Shown piece after piece: positions 37,422-42,391 of a stretch of 42,391 nt of DNA. The DNA lies in assembly GCA_902784545.1 (NCBI GenBank), contig CACZVC010000001.1, positions 1 to 42,391 of the forward strand, read 5' to 3'. Made by a program: the position numbers and the translations under genes. Every line of letters begins with the position of its first letter. Position 1 is the stretch's first letter. The notes under the pieces are model-generated. The model worked only from the letters and a program-made list of their open reading frames with translations. It was not told where the DNA came from and ran no database searches. Origin of the DNA: an uncultured Ruminococcus sp. (GTDB lineage Bacteria; Bacillota; Clostridia; Oscillospirales; CAG-272).

Positions 37422-37457
37422 CAATAATAAGAAAACCGGTAAGAGCTTCGGCTCCTA
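37422..37457. terminator. Bidirectional intrinsic terminator (SBP gene / HIT gene)
   Basis: AAAA, then a 12-bp stem ACCGGTAAGAGC/GCTCCTACCGGT (one mismatch, which becomes G-U on the minus strand) with loop TTCG, then TTTTTT. Confidence 0.8.
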
Positions 37458-37474
37458 CCGGTTTTTTAGTTGTT

Positions 37475-37816
37475 TTACGCCATTCTTTCAGACATCTGTT
37501 CTCCGCCCAGTATGTGAAAGTGCAGATGCTTTACGCTTTGGCACGCGTCGGGTCCGCAGTTTGTAATAACGCGGAATCCGTTTTTAAGTCCTTCGCACTC
37601 CGCAATTTTCGGTATGACCTCAAATATGTGAGCGACGACAGAGCTGTTTTCGCCGTTTATATCGGCGCATGACGCTATGTGAGCCTTAGGTACTATAAGT
37701 ACGTGAGTTTTCGCCTGCGGATTTATATCGCGGAACGCGTAAACAAACTCGTCCTCATATACCTTGGCAGACGGTATCTGTCCGGCTATGATCTTACAGA
37801 ATAAGCAGTCCGGCAT
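37475..37816 (-). CDS. HIT-family (histidine triad) nucleotide hydrolase
   Basis: 113-aa ORF with CLFCKI and HLHFHILGG motifs. Its ATG shares one nucleotide with the mscL stop. Confidence 0.92.
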   Translation of the reverse strand: MPDCLFCKIIAGQIPSAKVYEDEFVYAFRDINPQAKTHVLIVPKAHIASCADINGENSSVVAHIFEVIPKIAECEGLKNGFRVITNCGPDACQSVKHLHFHILGGEQMSERMA

Positions 37817-38298
37817 CAGTCTTTCTTTTCCTTTAAAGAATCTCTGATCTCACGGAGAAGGAGAACTTCCTCGGAGGGTTCGGGCTCGGGTTCAGGCTCG
37901 GGCTCGGGTTCGGGAGCAGGCGCTTCCTCTTTCTTCTTCGCTTTTTCCGCGGCGGCTTTTGCTTTGACGATAGCGCGCAGGACGAGGAAGATGCAGAGAG
38001 CGACGATTATGAAGTCGATTATCGTCTGGATCCATGAGCCCCATAAAATAGCGACTTCAGCGACTTCCGCGGTCGTTTCTGTTGCGGGCACCGCCTCAAC
38101 AAGCACCGTCTTGACGTTTTCAAGACTGATACCGCCGGTAAGCAGGCTTATAACAGGGTTGATGATGAAATTGACGAGGCCGGTAACTATTTTACCGAAC
38201 GCTCCGCCGATGACAACGCCGACAGCCATGTCGATTATGTTGCCTTTGGAAATAAAGTCTTTGAATTCCTTAAAGAATCCTTTTTTCTCTTCAGCCAT
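37816..38298 (-). CDS. mscL: Large-conductance mechanosensitive channel MscL
   Basis: 160-aa ORF with FKEFKDFISKGNIIDMAVGVVIGGAFGKIV, two TM helices, and a C-terminal helix preceded by an unusual (PE)n linker. Confidence 0.92.
   Translation of the reverse strand: MAEEKKGFFKEFKDFISKGNIIDMAVGVVIGGAFGKIVTGLVNFIINPVISLLTGGISLENVKTVLVEAVPATETTAEVAEVAILWGSWIQTIIDFIIVALCIFLVLRAIVKAKAAAEKAKKKEEAPAPEPEPEPEPEPEPSEEVLLLREIRDSLKEKKD
37876..37917 (-). repeat. Hexanucleotide tandem repeat encoding a Pro-Glu run in MscL
   Basis: About seven units of GGGYTC on the plus strand (GARCCC on the coding strand), translating to APAPEPEPEPEPEPEPS. Confidence 0.85.
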
Positions 38299-38327
38299 TT
38301 CAATGACCTCCTTATTATTTTTTATTT

Positions 38328-40964
38328 TCAGCCTAATATATCAGGCAAAGCTTCAAACGCTTCTTTTAACTTCGAGCCGTCTTTTACACCGGCTGTCGCG
38401 CTGTCGGGACGGCCGCCTCCGCCGCCTCCGACGATATTGCAAAGCTCTTTGATTATCTTGCCGGCGTTCGCTCCGAGCTTTACGGCTCCGTCGCTTGCCG
38501 AAACGATAAGATTGTATTTACCGTCGACGCAGGTGGATATAACCGCAACGGTGTCAGGCTCGGCTTTTATCTTGTCGAGCACGCCGCGCACGGCGTTTAC
38601 GGTCAGACCTTCGGTCATACCGGAAATCAGCGTGAATCTGCCGGCTTTGCTCCTGTTGTTGAGAAGCGATTCGACGGCGGACGACGCCAGCTTGTCGTTG
38701 AGCTTTTCGCGCTCGGCTTTCTCCGCCTTGAGCTCCGCGGAAAGCTGCGCAGCGCGTTTGTCTATATCGTGCGGATTCTGGATCTTCAATTCCTTCGCGG
38801 TGTTTTCTATAAGCGCGGTCTGCTCGGCGATAAGCTCAAGCACGCCCTTACCGGTCGTACCCTCGATACGCCTTACGCCTGAGGCGACGGACGATTCGGA
38901 TATTATCTTGAAAAGTCCGGCTTCGGCGGTGTTTTTAAGATGCGTGCCGCCGCAAAGCTCCGTAGAAAAGTCGCCCATTTTCACCATTCTGACGACAGAG
39001 CCGTACTTTTCGCCGAATAACGCCATGGCGCCCGCTTTTTTCGCCGATTCGATATCGGTTTCGACGGTTTCAACGGGCAGAGCCTTTAATATTTCTTCAT
39101 TTACTATAGCTTCGACTTTGCAGAGTTCTTCTCTTGTCATAGCGGTATAGTGCGAGAAGTCGAAGCGGACTCTGTGCTCGTCAACGTAGGAGCCCGCCTG
39201 CTCAACGTGAGTGCCGAGCACCTGACGGAGCGCCGCTTGAAGCAGGTGCGCCGCGCTGTGGTTGCGCCTTATATCCGCGCGTCTTTCCGCGTTTATTTCG
39301 GCAGTTACTTTATCGCCGACGGAAACTGAGCCTTCGGCGATCTCTCCTACGTGCAGATAAATACCGTCGTTTGTCTTTTTCGTGTCGGCAACGTTTATCT
39401 TCAAGCCGTCGGCGTATATTACGCCGGTGTCGCCGACCTGGCCGCCGCCCTCGCCGTAAAACGGAGTTTTATCGAGTACGACTATCACCTTGCCGCCGGT
39501 CTTCGTTCCGGTCGCTTCATTGATATCGGCGTCGATAAGAGCGAGCACGTTTGCTTCGCATTTATTTTCGGAATAACCGACAAATTCCGTCTTTTGAGAT
39601 ACGTCGCCTAAATCAAGCGATTCGGTAGCCCAGCCGAAATCGCCCTTGTCGGCTCTCGCCTTTCTCGCTCTCTGCTTCTGCTCGTCCATAAGCTTTACGA
39701 AGCCTTCTTCGTCTATCTCAAGTCCTTTTTCCTCGGCAAGCTCGCGCGTAAGATCGAGCGGGAAGCCGAACGTGTCGTTGAGCTTGAAAACGTCGGCTCC
39801 GGGCAGTACCTTGCCGCCTTCGGCGATCGTTTTGTCAACTATGGAATTCAAAATCTCCATACCGCCGTCGATCGTTTTCGAGAACTTCTCTTCCTCGATC
39901 CCGACTATCTTCTTTATATATTCTAGCTTTTCGGTAAGCTCGGGATAAGCGGTGAGATTTTCATGCGCGACGACAGGAACGATATCCGTAAGGAACGTGC
40001 CTTTTATACCGAGCAGCTTGCCGTATCTCGCGGCGCGTCTGAGCAGACGGCGGAGTACGTAGCCTCTGCCCTCGTTTGACGGAACGACGCCGTCGCATAC
40101 GAGGAAGCAGGTGCTTCTGATATGGTCGGTTATGACGCGCAGCGCGACGTCCGATTTTTCATCTTCGCCGTATCTGATGCCGGCTTTGTCGGATATCGCT
40201 TTCATTATGTTCTGTACGGTATCGACTTCAAACAGGTTGTTTACGCCCTGCATAACGACGGCAAGTCTTTCAAGTCCCATGCCGGTGTCTATATTCGGTT
40301 TTGCAAGAGGCGTATAGTTGCCGTTTCCGTCGCCGTCAAACTGCGTGAAAACGAGGTTCCATATTTCGATAACTCTGTCGCAGTCACAAGTTACGCCCGC
40401 GCAGTCGGGTCTTCCGCAGCCGAAACCGGGACCGCGGTCAAAGTGGATTTCGGAGCAAGGTCCGCAGGGACCGGAGCCGATCTCCCAGAAGTTGTCTTCC
40501 TTGCCGAGCCTGATTATCCTGTCGGCGGGAACGCCGTTCTGCTTGTTCCAGATTTCAAACGCCTCGTCGTCGTCCTGATATATCGTTACCCAGAGTCTGT
40601 CCTCGGGTATTTCAAGCACCTTTGTAAGATATTCCCACGCCCAAGCGGTAGCTTCCTTTTTGAAGTAGTCGCCGAATGAGAAGTTGCCGAGCATTTCAAA
40701 AAACGTTCCGTGACGGGCGGTCTTGCCGACTCGCTCGATATCGGGCGTTCTTATGCATTTCTGGCAGGTCGTCATCCTGTGTCTCGGCGGCTCCTCCTCG
40801 CCCTTGAAATACTTTTTGAGCGGAGCCATACCGGCGTTTATAAGCAAAAGCGACTTATCGTCAGCCGGCGGTATCAACGGAAAGCTTTTATGTCTTAAAT
40901 GACCTTTGCTTTCAAAAAATGATAAATATGATTCTCTTAAATCGTTTAGTGACGTCCATTTCAT
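38328..40964 (-). CDS. alaS: Alanine--tRNA ligase
   Basis: Start at ATG 40964 (MKWTSLNDLRESYLSFFESKGH). The track's 21-codon extension covers the promoter. Class II motifs (FFEMLGNFSFGDYFK), editing-domain HSAAHLL, and C-terminal DHHA1-like GGGGGRP. Confidence 0.95.
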   Translation of the reverse strand: MKWTSLNDLRESYLSFFESKGHLRHKSFPLIPPADDKSLLLINAGMAPLKKYFKGEEEPPRHRMTTCQKCIRTPDIERVGKTARHGTFFEMLGNFSFGDYFKKEATAWAWEYLTKVLEIPEDRLWVTIYQDDDEAFEIWNKQNGVPADRIIRLGKEDNFWEIGSGPCGPCSEIHFDRGPGFGCGRPDCAGVTCDCDRVIEIWNLVFTQFDGDGNGNYTPLAKPNIDTGMGLERLAVVMQGVNNLFEVDTVQNIMKAISDKAGIRYGEDEKSDVALRVITDHIRSTCFLVCDGVVPSNEGRGYVLRRLLRRAARYGKLLGIKGTFLTDIVPVVAHENLTAYPELTEKLEYIKKIVGIEEEKFSKTIDGGMEILNSIVDKTIAEGGKVLPGADVFKLNDTFGFPLDLTRELAEEKGLEIDEEGFVKLMDEQKQRARKARADKGDFGWATESLDLGDVSQKTEFVGYSENKCEANVLALIDADINEATGTKTGGKVIVVLDKTPFYGEGGGQVGDTGVIYADGLKINVADTKKTNDGIYLHVGEIAEGSVSVGDKVTAEINAERRADIRRNHSAAHLLQAALRQVLGTHVEQAGSYVDEHRVRFDFSHYTAMTREELCKVEAIVNEEILKALPVETVETDIESAKKAGAMALFGEKYGSVVRMVKMGDFSTELCGGTHLKNTAEAGLFKIISESSVASGVRRIEGTTGKGVLELIAEQTALIENTAKELKIQNPHDIDKRAAQLSAELKAEKAEREKLNDKLASSAVESLLNNRSKAGRFTLISGMTEGLTVNAVRGVLDKIKAEPDTVAVISTCVDGKYNLIVSASDGAVKLGANAGKIIKELCNIVGGGGGGRPDSATAGVKDGSKLKEAFEALPDILG

Positions 40965-40998
40965 ATAAAACAATACCTCTGATATTATAAATCGTCTT

Positions 40999-41027
40999 AT
41001 TATAACAAAATTATAATAAAAAATCAA
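40999..41027 (-). promoter_or_regulatory. Predicted sigma-A promoter for alaS
   Basis: On the minus strand: TTGATT, 17-nt spacer, TATAAT. The leader to the ATG is only about 30 nt, so there is no room for a T-box. Confidence 0.65.
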
Positions 41028-41057
41028 GACGTTTACACTATATTTTGGAAAAAAATC

Positions 41058-41085
41058 TTGATTTTTTGATGATATATGGTATAAT
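41058..41085 (+). promoter_or_regulatory. Predicted sigma-A promoter for DUF1015 gene
   Basis: TTGATT (41058-41063), 16-nt spacer, TGgTATAAT (extended -10, 41077-41085). AAGGAGA SD before ATG 41116. Confidence 0.65.
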
Positions 41086-41115
41086 TATGCCAGTAATTTC
41101 AAGGAGACTAATGAT

Positions 41116-42339
41116 ATGACGAATAAATCAGCCTTTCTGCCGTCAGATATTCTTTTACCGGATTTCTGCTCAGATAAGGATAAAATGGAAAAATACGCCG
41201 TTATCGCCTGCGATCAGTTTACCTCCGAGCCTGAATACTGGGAGAAGGCGAAGGAGATCATAAACGGTTATCCGTCTGCGCTCGATATGATACTGCCCGA
41301 GGTCTATCTGGACAAAACCGATTCTATGATCGGTACCATCCACATTAAGATGGAAGAATACGAAAAAGAGTATCTCTCGAAAGCGGATCACGGTATGATA
41401 TACTGCGAGCGGACGCTGCCCTCAAACGGGCGCGTGCGTCACGGTATAATAGGTATGATAGATCTGAACGATTTTGAATACACAAAAGGCAGCAGTGCGC
41501 CAATCCGTTCAAGCGAGGCGACGGTGGTCGAGCGGATACCGCCGAGAGTTAAAGTCCGCCGCGGCGCTCTTTTGGAGATTCCGCACGTTATGGTGTTCTA
41601 CGACGACGAGAGCGACGGACTTATGAAGGACCTGCGGGATAAAAAGGACGGTTTTGTTAAACTGTACGACTTCGATCTTATGCAGGGCTCGGGCAATATA
41701 AAAGGCTACGGACTTGACAGGGATACGATTTCATTTATTCAAAGGTATCTGAAAGAAAACTGCGTTAAAGACGGGCTTTTGTTCACCGTCGGCGACGGCA
41801 ACCATTCCCTTGCTTCCGCAAAGGCGTATTATGAGGAAATGAAATCAAAATACGGAAAGAAAGCGGATGATATGCCTTGCAGATACGCGCTTGTCGAGAT
41901 AGTCAACATACACGATGAAGCGATAGAATTCGAGCCTATATACAGGCTTGTAAAAAACAAAACGCCGGATGAATTTATAAAGGAACTTTCGGAAAAGCTC
42001 GATATCGGATATGAACCGACGGAAAACTGTTTCAGATACGATATAATATCGGACGGCAAAACGAAAACGGTTTATGTAAATGAGCCGAAAACCACTTTGC
42101 CGGTGGCGGAGCTTCAGGCGTTTCTTGACGGCGGCGACTATAAGATAGACTACATACACGGACTTGATTCAATAAACGCGCTGTCGTCGGGCGGTAATAT
42201 CGGAATTATATTTGAGGGAATGAAAAAAAGCGAGCTGTTTCCCGCCGTTATAAACGACGGCGCCCTCCCGCGCAAAACCTTCTCAATGGGCGAGGCAAAA
42301 GACAAACGCTTCTATCTTGAAGCAAGGAAAATCAAATGA
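41116..42339 (+). CDS. Conserved protein of unknown function, DUF1015-like
   Basis: 407-aa soluble ORF. Its length, N-terminus (FLPSDILLPD) and central VGDGNHSLASAKAYY segment resemble the DUF1015 family (DGHHR-like region). The family call is from memory of family features, not a search. Confidence 0.55.
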   Translation: MTNKSAFLPSDILLPDFCSDKDKMEKYAVIACDQFTSEPEYWEKAKEIINGYPSALDMILPEVYLDKTDSMIGTIHIKMEEYEKEYLSKADHGMIYCERTLPSNGRVRHGIIGMIDLNDFEYTKGSSAPIRSSEATVVERIPPRVKVRRGALLEIPHVMVFYDDESDGLMKDLRDKKDGFVKLYDFDLMQGSGNIKGYGLDRDTISFIQRYLKENCVKDGLLFTVGDGNHSLASAKAYYEEMKSKYGKKADDMPCRYALVEIVNIHDEAIEFEPIYRLVKNKTPDEFIKELSEKLDIGYEPTENCFRYDIISDGKTKTVYVNEPKTTLPVAELQAFLDGGDYKIDYIHGLDSINALSSGGNIGIIFEGMKKSELFPAVINDGALPRKTFSMGEAKDKRFYLEARKIK

Positions 42340-42391
42340 CGGATGATAAGCGTAAACGTCAGATTATTTCGTTTTACGAGCAGAAAAAGCG
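42336..42391 (+). CDS. 5' end of an unidentified CDS (truncated by window edge)
   Basis: ATG 42336 overlaps the DUF1015 stop (ATGA). It reads MTDDKRKRQIISFYEQKK... to the window end. Too short to identify. Confidence 0.35.
   Translation, partial: MTDDKRKRQIISFYEQKK

Noticed and set aside
40965-41027. N-terminal extensions in the ORF track. The cases are alaS from 41027, the response regulator from 25824, the OFOR beta subunit from 14453, the orphan membrane protein from 21235, the ligase from 33890, pcrA from 17224 and the P-loop gene from 12569.
   Set aside because: The extensions run through promoters, terminator hairpins or the preceding gene. Better ATG/GTG starts with properly spaced SD sequences, and with conserved N-termini where the family is recognised, lie downstream.
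1-42391. I scanned the intergenic spacers for tRNA or rRNA genes, CRISPR repeat-spacer arrays, IS or transposon inverted repeats, integrase or phage genes, toxin-antitoxin pairs, and riboswitch-sized leaders.
   Set aside because: No spacer is longer than about 230 nt, and each is accounted for by promoters, SDs and terminators. No regularly spaced repeats other than those at 19621-19690 were seen, and no transposase- or integrase-like ORFs. A covariance-model scan (Rfam, tRNAscan) would be the decisive check, and I could not run one.

Overview
This is a 42.4-kb, densely coding chromosomal segment with about 38 CDS in six strand blocks. Gene content and synteny point to an anaerobic Firmicute of the Clostridia; this is inference, since there is no 16S in the window. 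The supporting signals are SpoVB/YabM-like flippase-MazG, RecJ-Rel-Dtd-HemZ, CdaA-CdaR, DegV-PlsY, a ferredoxin-dependent 2-oxoacid oxidoreductase, TTGAxx-17-TATAAT promoters and GGAGG Shine-Dalgarno (SD) sites. Nearly everything is recognisable core housekeeping: stringent response, c-di-AMP synthesis, MEP pathway ispDF, PcrA, RF2, AlaRS, MscL, HIT and phospholipid synthesis. I found no rRNA, tRNA, CRISPR array, transposase, integrase, phage gene or recognisable defence gene. I therefore do not see a clear mobile or defence island and will not claim one. The parts not explained by textbook annotation, in my order of interest, are as follows. (1) An operon of a FadD-like AMP-ligase, a dedicated ACP and an orphan lipoprotein solute-binding protein, with a second acyl-CoA synthetase transcribed divergently. 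(2) A classical P-loop NTPase encoded as the first gene of a four-subunit 2-oxoacid:ferredoxin oxidoreductase operon that runs directly into ispD-ispF. (3) A tightly coupled Zn-dehydrogenase, aldolase/SDR fusion and PHP phosphoesterase operon with no kinase, isomerase, transporter or regulator. (4) A strongly AT-rich orphan six-TM protein gene downstream of the NfeD-SPFH pair. (5) An unusual pcrA-nfeD spacer with five 10-bp-phased TTATTAAG repeats and a consensus promoter firing straight into a terminator-like hairpin. (6) An intramembrane-sensing two-component system separated from upstream transcription only by an intrinsic terminator, preceded by a small acidic-tailed membrane protein. Several very long antisense ORFs in the track are judged to be codon-bias artefacts.
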